From: Bacillota bacterium
GTDB taxonomy: Bacteria; Bacillota; DTU025
Direction: 5' to 3'
Assembly (NCBI GenBank): GCA_050951805.1
Contig: JBMNJT010000008.1
Coordinates: 480,001-544,000, forward strand
Length of the DNA: 64,000 nt
A program made the translations under genes and the position numbers. The notes under the pieces were generated by a model. The model worked only from the letters and a program-made list of their open reading frames with translations. It was not told the DNA's origin and made no database searches. This document shows, in pieces, positions 10,600-20,187 of this stretch. The first letter of the stretch is position 1. The number at the start of each line of letters is the position of its first letter.

Positions 10600-11466
10600 A
10601 TGCGCAATATCGGTCTTGTAATGGAGTATGTGGGCACTGGGTATCAGGGATTTCAAGTTCAACCTGCATTTGGGCGAGGGGGCGAAAGCCGGAAAGGACT
10701 CGAAGGACGTGGAGGGCGGCTGATTCGCACCGTGCAGGGCGAAGTGGAGCGGGCAATACATCGGCTCACAGGCGAGAGTGTGCGGATAGTTGGGGCGGGC
10801 CGAACAGACGCAGGAGTCCATGCCCTAGGGCAGGTAGCAAACTTCAAAACCGAATCAAGAATCCCTGCTGATAGGTTTGGCGCAGCGCTCAACAGTGTGT
10901 TGCCTGAGGATATTCGGATCATAAGATCCTTCGAGGCTCCAGAAGATTTCAACGCGCGTTATGATGCGGAATGGAAGATTTACAGGTACTTGATTGTGCC
11001 GGAAGCGGCGAGGGTTCCGGCAGCGCGCAGCGGTGGCGCCTTGCTCTCGAAAAGGGCATTGCTTACGAGGAATCCGCTGACTGATGAGGCGGTGCAGGCG
11101 ATGGCAGAGGCCGGTGTGGCGCTCGTGGGGCGTCACGATTTCTCGGCTTATGCTGCATCCGGGTCCTCAGCAAGGACTTCTGTGCGCACTATTCATCGAC
11201 TTGAGGTTAATACCGACAGATGGGAATCTCTCGGGTTGAATCTTGTGGTTGTGGAGATCGAGGCGGATGGGTTCTTATACAAGATGGCGCGTACTATAGT
11301 AGGAGCGCTTTTGGAGGTTGGGATGGGCAGAATGGATTCGGAGGGTCCGGGAAGATTGCTTGAATTGCGAGATCGAAAACTCGGGCCTGCGACCGCTCCG
11401 GCGGACGGACTCTACTTGATGAAAGTAGCCTACCCAGAACCCATAGGTGGTCTCGCCTCGCCTTGA
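10600..11466 (+). CDS. truA: tRNA pseudouridine(38-40) synthase
   Basis: GAGRTDAGVHA catalytic motif, GFLYKMAR and TAPADGLYL. Confidence 0.96.
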   Translation: MRNIGLVMEYVGTGYQGFQVQPAFGRGGESRKGLEGRGGRLIRTVQGEVERAIHRLTGESVRIVGAGRTDAGVHALGQVANFKTESRIPADRFGAALNSVLPEDIRIIRSFEAPEDFNARYDAEWKIYRYLIVPEAARVPAARSGGALLSKRALLTRNPLTDEAVQAMAEAGVALVGRHDFSAYAASGSSARTSVRTIHRLEVNTDRWESLGLNLVVVEIEADGFLYKMARTIVGALLEVGMGRMDSEGPGRLLELRDRKLGPATAPADGLYLMKVAYPEPIGGLASP

Positions 11467-11491
11467 CAGTCTATTTTGGCTATATTAAAAT
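11463..11491 (+). promoter_or_regulatory. SigA-type promoter of rplM-rpsI
   Basis: TTGACA (11463-11468), 17-nt spacer, TAAAAT (11486-11491). Confidence 0.85.
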
Positions 11492-11496
11492 TGCTT

Positions 11497-11570
11497 GGTG
11501 AGTTTTGTACCAGTGGCGCCAAACCCCGGAACCACTGATTGCACTCAGACGAGCAGTTGAAGCTGGGAGG
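11497..11570 (+). promoter_or_regulatory. Probable L13 leader (autoregulatory 5' UTR)
   Basis: About 80-nt leader before rplM with CAGTGG...AACCCCGGAA...CCACTG stem-loop; the CCCCGG loop resembles Bacillota L13 leaders as I recall them. Confidence 0.5.
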
Positions 11571-11577
11571 GAACCTG

Positions 11578-12015
11578 ATGTCACGCACATACACGCCTAA
11601 GGCGGAGGAGATATCGCGCAAGTGGTATGTTGTGGATGCCGAGGGAAAGCCCTTGGGCAGGCTTGCAAGCGAAGTGGCCCAGATACTCAAGGGCAAGCAT
11701 AAGCCGGTCTACTCTCCTCATATGGACATGGGCGATCATGTGATAGTCATCAACGCTGATAAGGTAGTCCTGACGGGGAACAAGCGTCAGACCAAGATTC
11801 ACTATTGGCATACGGGATATCCTGGTGGGATTCGCCAGATGAACTATGAAGAGTTTCTTTCGACTAAGCCTGAGAAAGCGGTGGAGAAAGCGATCGTTGG
11901 GATGCTTCCAAAGAACAGGCTTGGACGGCAGATGGCTAAGAAACTCAAAGTCTATGCGGGACCGGAACACCCGCATGCGGCGCAGATGCCTGAGCCGCTC
12001 GAAATAACGGTATAA
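11578..12015 (+). CDS. rplM: 50S ribosomal protein L13
   Basis: [31 protein letters not shown] and [10 protein letters not shown]. Confidence 0.98.
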   Translation: MSRTYTPKAEEISRKWYVVDAEGKPLGRLASEVAQILKGKHKPVYSPHMDMGDHVIVINADKVVLTGNKRQTKIHYWHTGYPGGIRQMNYEEFLSTKPEKAVEKAIVGMLPKNRLGRQMAKKLKVYAGPEHPHAAQMPEPLEITV

Positions 12016-12040
12016 CCGGGCGAGGAAGGGGGATTACTCT

Positions 12041-12433
12041 GTGGCGCAATTGCAGTATGCCGCGACGGGAAGGCGCAAGTGCTCAGTTGCCCGTGTGCGG
12101 CTGACGCCGGGAACCGGGAAGATCACGGTCAACGGCAAACCAAGTGAGGAGTATTTTGGACGCCAGACCCTGGAGTTGCTTGCACGCGAGCCGTTTGAGG
12201 TCGCGAATAGGATGGACAGATATGATGCCATTGCCGACGTGTCAGGTGGCGGGCTAAGCGGGCAGGCTGGGGCGATACGTCATGGAATAGCCAGGGCGCT
12301 TTGTGAGGGCGAGCCTGAACTGAGGCCCGTTCTTAAGAAAGCAGGGCTTCTCACGCGTGATTCGCGCATGAAAGAACGCCATAAGTACGGCCTGAAGAAG
12401 GCCCGAAAGGCGCCTCAGTTTTCCAAGAGGTAA
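12041..12433 (+). CDS. rpsI: 30S ribosomal protein S9
   Basis: [24 protein letters not shown] and C-terminal KAPQFSKR. Confidence 0.98.
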   Translation: MAQLQYAATGRRKCSVARVRLTPGTGKITVNGKPSEEYFGRQTLELLAREPFEVANRMDRYDAIADVSGGGLSGQAGAIRHGIARALCEGEPELRPVLKKAGLLTRDSRMKERHKYGLKKARKAPQFSKR

Positions 12434-12510
12434 AAGGCGTCGGTTCGATATTGTACTCTATTTGGTCATGCCCGCGGGCCGTCTTGGCCCGTGGCTGACC
12501 ATAAAAAGCC

Positions 12511-12545
12511 AGAGGAACGAGTCGTTGTGGCTGGTTCCTCTTTTG
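12511..12545 (+). terminator. Probable intrinsic terminator after rpsI
   Basis: AGAGGAAC...GTTCCTCT stem followed by a short T run. Confidence 0.55.
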
Positions 12546-12704
12546 CATTACTGCATAATCCCATATTTGCGGGGGTATTTAGCGTATTAGTTACGTCCGA
12601 TACAATGCTGCAAAAAGGCCTTCGCCTTGTTGTAGTGGAGATGATAGCGACGGCGATACGTTCCATTTTTTCAGGCTATCTCATCCGGTATTAGATTCGT
12701 TTTC

Positions 12705-15605
12705 TCATTGGGGTGACGACTTTCGCCAGATGACCTTCACCCCGTCGATCATGGCTTCCATGTCACTGGTGAGTTTCCTATCGGTAGGAGCATCCTGAAC
12801 AAGCACCACCGAGGTCGTGCCATCAGCTAAGCCCTTCAACATTTCCAGCAGGAGTTTTGCCTCGAGGGGGTCTGTGAGTGCCGCACCGACGCCGAGAGTA
12901 TCTATGTCGACGGCATTTGTCCCTCTCAAAACTACCACTAGTTCCAGGTCATTACCTAACCGGAATTGTTCAAATTCGGCCAGAAGATCGGGCCATGGCA
13001 GCGGCAATCGCACCCCGTCAATTCTCACGATCTGTCGACCAGGGGCCGAACAGAGAAGTGTGTCAACAGCCTGACCGGCCGGTTGAGGGACGGTTGGGGC
13101 CAAGACGGCAGCTATGTTGTCAATGGCTATTCTTCCTGCTGCCTGAAGCTCGGGCTTGAACTCGACAACGTACACTTGGGAAAGGCAGAGTGGCGGAACT
13201 AGCGTTTGAGGAATGGGCGCTTCTACGACCCTCCATCCTATCCAGCTAATCCGCGGAAAATCGATGGGGGTTTCCTGTCCCAGTAAATCTTGGACTGTGG
13301 CGCGAAGCCAGTGGCCTGCACCATCCCCATATACCCACACCCGTATGGCTGATGTTTCCGAAGGCAGTGCTACGGGACTAGAAGGCCTGATGTACGCTGC
13401 GCGGGTCTGTTCCGGGCTCCTCAGATCATACTCAAGGACGATTACAGCGCCCGAGGGAGTTGCAAGATTGTCAACTTGGTCCACGGTTGGGGCGGGAAAG
13501 TCGGGTGTAGGTCCTTCCACGTTTGCAGTAGTCACGACTGACCTAACCGCTGTGGAAGATGCTGCGCCAGTCCATGAGGTGCGGCCCTCGAAATCGTCAA
13601 CTAGCGCAAGGCGGTTCATTGCCTCTTTGGTCGGCGTAGAGCCACTTGCCGCGCCCATGGGCCAGGGGTCGACGGCGCGGGCAGCCAGACGTATTTGGGC
13701 AAAGGGTAAACATCCGTCGCCGATTTCTGGAAGCTGATCCTCTTCGGGAGCTGGCGATCGTTCAGCCCTGACTGTGATCTCGAATCGGCCTGGCGCGCTG
13801 CCGAATAGGACAGCGGAGAGCCGATCCTCCGACACGGACCACAGCTCCTCTGGGAGTGGCATGCCGCGTAGATTCTTTGGGGGAATTGCCTCCCAGATGA
13901 TCTCGACGTCATCTGGGATATCGGCAGAATCCATGCGTCGTCCTAACGCGTCATACATGGTTACTGTGAAAATCGCTTTGGAATGTGTATCAAAAGAGAC
14001 TTCAGGCCCTGCGAGAAATGAGGGCGTCCCTGCAATCGCCGCTTCAATAGAGGGAAACGACCCGAGGCGTGTGCGGACAGGTTTATCAATGGCTTCAGGT
14101 GCTCCGGAGTCTCCTATGCCATTGCCTGTGCGTTCGGCTTCCACCGAAACTGAGATGAAGGCAGGGATCGGTTGTTCGAGTTTCCCCAGATCGATCTTGT
14201 CTGTATCGTCATTTGCGGGTCGTGGTGTTGTGTCCCACACACCAACCGCATATGGTACGCGCCGTTGGACGCCTCCTGAGGGGCGGTTGGCCAGAATTAC
14301 GCAGTCGGTGACCGGGTCTAGGATAGCTGCGGTGGAAGAACCGCCGCCATCGAGGTTCAGGGCCTCATGGGCGCCGAGCGAGATCATTATCTTTGCCAAT
14401 TCGTCAAGTGTGACACCCCTCGCGCCGGGCAGGCGGCCGTCGACTACTGCCATTATGAGGGTAGTGCCGTCCTCTGAGAGGCCAACGGCGGTGCGCGGGG
14501 CTGCAAGTAAAGACTGAATCCCTGTGTATTGCCACAGACCGCGAACAATGGCGCCGTCCTGGACGAGCACCGGTTTGCCAGAAAAGGCAGTCCATAAGCC
14601 GGGTGTTGCAGGCGTAAGCGACCCTTCAATGGAAACGCGGTCTCCGGGCGAAAGCGCCTGGGCAATCTGCGCTGAATATCCCCTCAAAACGACATAGAGG
14701 ACGCCATCGTACGATGGCGTCGAAGGACAAGCGTCTCCGTCGATGGTCAATCCAGCTTCGCCCGGAGTGCGGAGCCAGCCTCGGGGAGCATCGCTAGCTC
14801 CATTGCCGTCCCCTAGCGAGGAAAGCCGAGGTGTCGGCCACCCGCTCGCGCACGATTCGACGATCCCGTCGCGGATCATCAGATGCCAGACATCGGCGTT
14901 GCCTGGGTGTCTCGCCCACGACCAGTGTTGATCGTAAATTACAGCCAGGTCGGCCGGGACCGATATCTCATTCAGGCCGGCGAGGGTGATCTCGAGCCCG
15001 TTCGGACCTCTTAGGACACCTTCCCATCTCCATTGCCCGAGAAGCCCTGTGCCGTCGTCGCGGATCACAAGTGAGGCGAAGTCAGGATCTTTCCGCGGAG
15101 AGCGTATCATCTTTCCCCCCTGAGCCAGGAAGGAAAGCGGAGCGGAAGTGGCGCCGATGTCGAAAAAGTCACCATTTATCGCAGCAATCAATCCAGCCGC
15201 ATCGGCTATGGATGTCACAGCCTTCGGCGAGGTGAGTGAGCCATCTGCCAAGACGGGCCCCACAGCGATACCGGGTGAGGACAGGTTGACGCGTATTACT
15301 GACATCTGAATCCATCCGGACGAGGTCAATGACGTCCTTCGTTCGAAGGTCACGCCGTTGCCAATGGGCACTACGACAGAATCGGAGAACAGGACATCGA
15401 ATGTGCCTGTCGCGCTCTCTCCGAAAACTGACGACGAGAAAACAACGAGGCTGAGCAGCACGAGTGCAAGAACCGCAACTCGAGCCCTGGCCCGAAAGAA
15501 AATCACAGTTGGCGTTGGAATCCTTGCATGTTTTGTGGATCGAAAACATCTACAGTTTTTCTTATTTCCCATAAAGTTGTCCATTCCCTTGCCCGGCAGT
15601 TGCAC
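12705..15605 (-). CDS. Secreted phosphodiester glycosidase (NAGPA/DUF2233-type) multidomain protein
   Basis: Hydrophobic signal segment, AAINGDFF, PRTAVG, VVDGR, ALNLDGGGS motifs; C-terminal WVYGDGAGHWLR carbohydrate-binding-like region. Start uncertain. Confidence 0.8.
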   Translation of the reverse strand: MQLPGKGMDNFMGNKKNCRCFRSTKHARIPTPTVIFFRARARVAVLALVLLSLVVFSSSVFGESATGTFDVLFSDSVVVPIGNGVTFERRTSLTSSGWIQMSVIRVNLSSPGIAVGPVLADGSLTSPKAVTSIADAAGLIAAINGDFFDIGATSAPLSFLAQGGKMIRSPRKDPDFASLVIRDDGTGLLGQWRWEGVLRGPNGLEITLAGLNEISVPADLAVIYDQHWSWARHPGNADVWHLMIRDGIVESCASGWPTPRLSSLGDGNGASDAPRGWLRTPGEAGLTIDGDACPSTPSYDGVLYVVLRGYSAQIAQALSPGDRVSIEGSLTPATPGLWTAFSGKPVLVQDGAIVRGLWQYTGIQSLLAAPRTAVGLSEDGTTLIMAVVDGRLPGARGVTLDELAKIMISLGAHEALNLDGGGSSTAAILDPVTDCVILANRPSGGVQRRVPYAVGVWDTTPRPANDDTDKIDLGKLEQPIPAFISVSVEAERTGNGIGDSGAPEAIDKPVRTRLGSFPSIEAAIAGTPSFLAGPEVSFDTHSKAIFTVTMYDALGRRMDSADIPDDVEIIWEAIPPKNLRGMPLPEELWSVSEDRLSAVLFGSAPGRFEITVRAERSPAPEEDQLPEIGDGCLPFAQIRLAARAVDPWPMGAASGSTPTKEAMNRLALVDDFEGRTSWTGAASSTAVRSVVTTANVEGPTPDFPAPTVDQVDNLATPSGAVIVLEYDLRSPEQTRAAYIRPSSPVALPSETSAIRVWVYGDGAGHWLRATVQDLLGQETPIDFPRISWIGWRVVEAPIPQTLVPPLCLSQVYVVEFKPELQAAGRIAIDNIAAVLAPTVPQPAGQAVDTLLCSAPGRQIVRIDGVRLPLPWPDLLAEFEQFRLGNDLELVVVLRGTNAVDIDTLGVGAALTDPLEAKLLLEMLKGLADGTTSVVLVQDAPTDRKLTSDMEAMIDGVKVIWRKSSPQ

Positions 15606-15726
15606 CGGCAGCTGAGCAACTCAAGAACAGTGTTTCAACGCTGCAGAGCTGAGTCATGGACCTCAGACAACGCAGAGATCGAGCGAGAGTTGCGAGATAA
15701 GCCAACCGCGCTGGACGGGCTGTATT

Positions 15727-16491
15727 TCAGTCAGAGAACTTCGCGGGTCTGCGTTCTAGGAATGCAGACATTCCCTCCTTCGGATGGTCAGTTGCGAAAC
15801 ATTGTCCGAACCGCTGGGCTTCCCGGGCGAGTGCCTCATCATCAGGGAACAACAGGCGTTTCGCATATCCTATGGCCACATGGCTTTTGGTGGCCATTTC
15901 CCGGGCTAACTCTTCCGCCCTTGGAAGAAGGGATTCCAGAGTCATCACTTCAGACACGAGGCCCATTTCGTACGCCTCCCGGGCGGAAACGTGTCTACCT
16001 GTGAGTATCATGTAGGCGGCGCGGGAACGTCCGATGGCCAGGGGAAGGCGTACAGTGCCGCCAAATCCAGGTATGATCCCGAGGCCCACCTCGGGCTGGC
16101 CGAAGCGGGCATTTTCCGAGGCCAACCGGATATCACACGCGAGCGCGAGCTCGCAGCCTCCTCCGAGGGCATACCCGTTCACTGCGGCTATGGTTGGAAT
16201 CGGCAACCGTTCGATAGCGCTGAATACCCTCTGGCCATGCCGGGAGAAGGCGACGGCCTCGTCAGGAGTAAGGCTTGCCATCTCTTGGATATCTGCACCA
16301 GCTACAAACGCTTTGCTGCCTTCTCCGGTGACGATCAGGGCACGGCACGCACGATTCTCTCCAACCTCTTCGATTGCCGAAGCAAGTTCAGCCAGAACTG
16401 TATTGTTTAGGGCGTTGAGCGCCGTTGGGCGGGATATGGTGATCGTTGCCACACAATCGTCGAACTGAAGTTTGACACAGTCTTTGCTCAA
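15727..16491 (-). CDS. crt: Short-chain enoyl-CoA hydratase (crotonase)
   Basis: AFVAGADI, NGYALGGGCELALACD, FGQPEVGLGIIPGFGGT; TTG start after AGGAGG. Confidence 0.9.
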   Translation of the reverse strand: MSKDCVKLQFDDCVATITISRPTALNALNNTVLAELASAIEEVGENRACRALIVTGEGSKAFVAGADIQEMASLTPDEAVAFSRHGQRVFSAIERLPIPTIAAVNGYALGGGCELALACDIRLASENARFGQPEVGLGIIPGFGGTVRLPLAIGRSRAAYMILTGRHVSAREAYEMGLVSEVMTLESLLPRAEELAREMATKSHVAIGYAKRLLFPDDEALAREAQRFGQCFATDHPKEGMSAFLERRPAKFSD

Positions 16492-16520
16492 GGTTTGCCA
16501 CCTCCTAGCGAAGATTTGAA

Positions 16521-17372
16521 TCAGGAGTATTCATAGAATCCTCGGCCTGATTTGCGTCCAAGTCTGCCAGCGGCCACCATCCTCCGCAGGAGCGGGCAGG
16601 GCCTGTACTTGGGATCCCCGGTCTCTTGGAACATGACTTCGAGTATGGACAGAACCGTATCGAGACCGATCAGATCCCCGAGGGCCAGCGGGCCCATGGG
16701 ATGATTGAGCCCCAGCTTTGCGCAGGCGTCTATGCCCTCGGCATCTGATATGCCCTCCGAAAGTGCGAATATGGCTTCATTTATCATCGGAATGGCCATC
16801 CTGTTGACTATGAAGGCAGGCGAATCCGCGACAACAACAGGTTCTTTGCCCATTCTCCTGGCGAGGTCGACGATGATTTCACATGTTTCATCTGAGGTCG
16901 CGAGGCCGCGTACAACCTCCACGAGCTGCATCACAGGGACGGGATTCATGAAGTGCATTCCGATGAAACGATCGGGGCGCCCCGAATCACGGGCCAGGGA
17001 CGTTATGGATACTGAGGACGTGTTGGAGGCGAATATTGCTTCTGGAGGGCATATCGACGCCAGTTCCGCGAAGAGCTTGGATTTGACCTTTGGATCTTCA
17101 ACGATTGCTTCGATCACCAGGTCTACATCGCCGCCTGCTGAGTAGTCCGGTACGCAATTGATCCTCGATACTGTGTCCTCTTTGTCTTCCTCAGTCAGGC
17201 GTCCTTTTTCGACCTGTCGGTTGAGGCTTTTGAGTATGCGGTCTACGCCTTTGCGAGCATAGTCTACTGATAGATCGGCTAGGGACACCTCGAGGCCGGC
17301 CTCGGCTGCGACCTGCGCGATCCCGGAGCCCATTTGACCTGCGCCCACCACGAGAATTCTGTCGATGGACAA
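16521..17372 (-). CDS. hbd: 3-hydroxybutyryl-CoA dehydrogenase
   Basis: GAGQMGSGIAQ, ASNTSS, GMHFMNPVPVM, HPMGPLAL and GRLGRKSGRGFY. Confidence 0.93.
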   Translation of the reverse strand: MSIDRILVVGAGQMGSGIAQVAAEAGLEVSLADLSVDYARKGVDRILKSLNRQVEKGRLTEEDKEDTVSRINCVPDYSAGGDVDLVIEAIVEDPKVKSKLFAELASICPPEAIFASNTSSVSITSLARDSGRPDRFIGMHFMNPVPVMQLVEVVRGLATSDETCEIIVDLARRMGKEPVVVADSPAFIVNRMAIPMINEAIFALSEGISDAEGIDACAKLGLNHPMGPLALGDLIGLDTVLSILEVMFQETGDPKYRPCPLLRRMVAAGRLGRKSGRGFYEYS

Positions 17373-17560
17373 GAAACAATCACCCTTTCATCCGCGACAC
17401 TCTGTTGCAAGCCAATTGCAGAGGTCGGAGATAGTTGATCCACACTAACGATTATTACTTCTATAGCCCCTCTTTTGACTCCTTCTCTGCTCCTCTGGCA
17501 GGAGAAGAGGAAAGGTTGATGAAATAGTCAATCACCCGAGGAATGCTGGGAGGGAGCTTC

Positions 17561-19153
17561 TTGAAGAGGTACTTGTTCACGGGAGGCAAAGTATACACTG
17601 CATCTGCACGTCAACCATTTTGTCCGGCTCTGGCTTGTGTAGGAAAGCGGATAATCGCTGTTGGTTCTGAATCGAATGTGCTGTCGATGACAGATGACAC
17701 TTTCGAGAGGATTGACCTTCGAGGCAAGGTCCTGATTCCTGCTTTCATTGATTCTCATATACATTTCAAGTTCTACTCGATGTGCCAGACCTCAGCAAAT
17801 CTTGAGGGGGCACGCGATCCCCATGATGCCGCTCTTCGCATCAGCAAGGCCATGGAAGGCATTAGGCCCGGTGCGTGGGTGCTAGGATGGGGATGGAACA
17901 AGAATGAGTGGACGCAAGGGAGACTGCCGGACCGCTCATATCTCGACTCCATTTGCCCTAGAAACCCAGTGGCCCTTTTCAGTAAGGATCTACATGCTCT
18001 CTGGGTGAATACCATGGCATTGCGTCTTGCAGGCATAGGTCTTGACACTCCTAATCCTGAGGGCGGCGAGATAGTCAGGGATGAAGATTCGAGGCAAGCT
18101 ACGGGGGTTCTCAAGGAATCAGCTGTGGAGCTCGTGACTAGAGTAATTCCAGAGCCAACATTCGATGCAGTTGTCTTGGCTATGCAAAAAGGACAGTCGG
18201 AACTTCATAAGCTGGGAATTGCAGGGATCTGCAACATGGAGGATGCTCTGGCATTCGAGGCTTTGCAGGCGATGAGGAGTTCGGGGCGATTGAAGCTCCG
18301 CGTTACGCAGGCTATCCCCAAGCAAAACTTGGACGATGCGATCGACTTGGGGCTTGGAACTGGTTTTGGGGATGAGTGGCTGAGGGTGGGGCCGGTGAAA
18401 CTCTTTGCTGACGGAGCATTGGGTTCTCAAACTGCACACCTCCTCAGGCCTTACGAAGGCAACAGGGAGAATGTAGGCATTGCTGTGACTCCAAAGGAAG
18501 AACTGGCTGAGCTGGTCGGTCGTGCTGTTCTTGCAGGCTTGTCCTGTGCAGTCCATGCCATCGGCGACCGCGCTAACAGGGATGTGCTCGATATTTTCGA
18601 GAGCGTGAAAGAGGAGAGCGCTGCGCGCCATCTGCACCATAGAATAGAGCATGCACAGCTTCTGCATCCCGAAGACGTTCGCAGGTTTGCCAATCTCGGG
18701 GTAGCAGCCTCGATGCAGCCGGTTCATATACTCACTGACATTCCCGTAGCCGAGAAGTATTGGGGCAGGAGGAGTAGGTGGGCTTATGCCTTCCGCAGCC
18801 TGACAAAGGCCGGAACGCCACTTGCCTTCGGCTCCGACGCGCCGGTTGAGACTCCTGACCCCATCCGCGGCATATACGCCGCCGTCGCCAGAAGAGGGCT
18901 GGACGGGACGCCAGATTCAGGATGGTATCCTGAGGAGAGGCTAACAGTGGAAGAAGCCATTAGGGCCTACTCTGTTGGCTCGGCGATGGCTTCGGGCGAG
19001 CGAATGGGAGCTGGGGTTCTGGTTCCGGGATCATATGCCGACATTGCTATATTGTCAAAAGACATATTCTCAATTCCTTCGTCCGATATCCTCGATGTGC
19101 GCGTGGTCGGCACCATGGTGGGAGGGGAATTTGTTTACAGAGACTCCATCTAG
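17561..19153 (+). CDS. Metal-dependent amidohydrolase (YtcJ-like)
   Basis: DSHIH, KLFADGALGS, HAIGDRA, RIEHAQ, GSDAPV motifs; TTG 17561 after GGAGG (ORF open from 17543). Confidence 0.88.
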   Translation: MKRYLFTGGKVYTASARQPFCPALACVGKRIIAVGSESNVLSMTDDTFERIDLRGKVLIPAFIDSHIHFKFYSMCQTSANLEGARDPHDAALRISKAMEGIRPGAWVLGWGWNKNEWTQGRLPDRSYLDSICPRNPVALFSKDLHALWVNTMALRLAGIGLDTPNPEGGEIVRDEDSRQATGVLKESAVELVTRVIPEPTFDAVVLAMQKGQSELHKLGIAGICNMEDALAFEALQAMRSSGRLKLRVTQAIPKQNLDDAIDLGLGTGFGDEWLRVGPVKLFADGALGSQTAHLLRPYEGNRENVGIAVTPKEELAELVGRAVLAGLSCAVHAIGDRANRDVLDIFESVKEESAARHLHHRIEHAQLLHPEDVRRFANLGVAASMQPVHILTDIPVAEKYWGRRSRWAYAFRSLTKAGTPLAFGSDAPVETPDPIRGIYAAVARRGLDGTPDSGWYPEERLTVEEAIRAYSVGSAMASGERMGAGVLVPGSYADIAILSKDIFSIPSSDILDVRVVGTMVGGEFVYRDSI

Positions 19154-19318
19154 GCAAGCATCTGGGCGCTGCCATACGAGGCATTGGCGTGGCTGAGCGG
19201 ATAGCGAGGAATGGGCATGGCCCGGAGGCGAAATGGAGAGTGTGTCAACATTGGGACCGGTCTGGATGTACGTTGTTTGGGCCAGGCCGCAACTATGACC
19301 GTTCAAGGGGAGATTGGT

Positions 19319-20029
19319 TTGAAGAAAAGGGTTTTGCTGGCTTTGATATGCTTGACTTCAGTGTGCGTGCTATGCGTTGGGCCATCGGAAGCTCAAACAG
19401 TACGGCCGATGGAACCAATTCCAGTCAGTTTGGCTCCTGGAGAATATGAAGTAGTCAAGACAGAATACAGGATCCACGCGGGTATGTACGTGTCGTTCCG
19501 ACGGGTGATCGGAAAGGCTGTTACTGATTCGAAGTGGCAGGTGACTGTCCAATCGTCCGAATACCCCAAGTGGGTGGAGATAGGATGGGTATGGCCTAGA
19601 TCGGACGGCACCGCGCCTACCCCAACTGTGAGGAAGTTGACAGGGCTTGAACGTGGCCGCACATTCGGACCATTGTACGGAGGCAATGATCCCGAGGAAA
19701 CGGATTGGACTGCGCCGTGGCTATCACGGGAAGTCTTGCGTGAACTTCGCACGGGAAGAGTTGCCTACAACTTCAAAATGGGGACTTTTAGCCTGACCGG
19801 AGTTTTGGCGGATGATCTCCGTGTTGAGGAAGAGGTGTTGTATCCCATCGATCTCAACGGCAGACGGGTCTATCTTCCGGCGTATAAATGCGCCAAGGGG
19901 CAGATCGTGGTCTGGAATAACATCGAGAATCCCCTGGTATTGGAGTACAAGCCCTTCGGGATTCCTCTGATAACCGGAGTGTTTGGCTGGAAGGCAGAGG
20001 CCATCTCTGTCCGGGGTGGGCAGCTGTAG
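19319..20029 (+). CDS. Hypothetical exported protein
   Basis: TTG start after AAGGGGAG gives MKKRVLLALICLTSVCVLCVGPSEA-Q, a signal-peptide-like N-terminus; no recognised domain. Confidence 0.65.
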   Translation: MKKRVLLALICLTSVCVLCVGPSEAQTVRPMEPIPVSLAPGEYEVVKTEYRIHAGMYVSFRRVIGKAVTDSKWQVTVQSSEYPKWVEIGWVWPRSDGTAPTPTVRKLTGLERGRTFGPLYGGNDPEETDWTAPWLSREVLRELRTGRVAYNFKMGTFSLTGVLADDLRVEEEVLYPIDLNGRRVYLPAYKCAKGQIVVWNNIENPLVLEYKPFGIPLITGVFGWKAEAISVRGGQL

Positions 20030-20187
20030 CAAGTAGCCAATTCGGGAGCACATGGATTTGGCCAACTGCTAATCAATTGCTAGACAGACGTGTTCTGGGC
20101 GAGAGCTTTTCCGGCCCCTGTTGGTGTCAGGTTGCCTCTGCATACAGCATCTGGGCTTTTCAAGGAACGTTTGAAGGCGCGAGGTAT

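Noticed and set aside
12-12433. Long antisense and alternate-frame ORFs over the ribosomal operon (e.g. 588..1280, 2600..3553)
   Set aside because: Shadows of strongly conserved genes in a GC-rich genome; no motifs.
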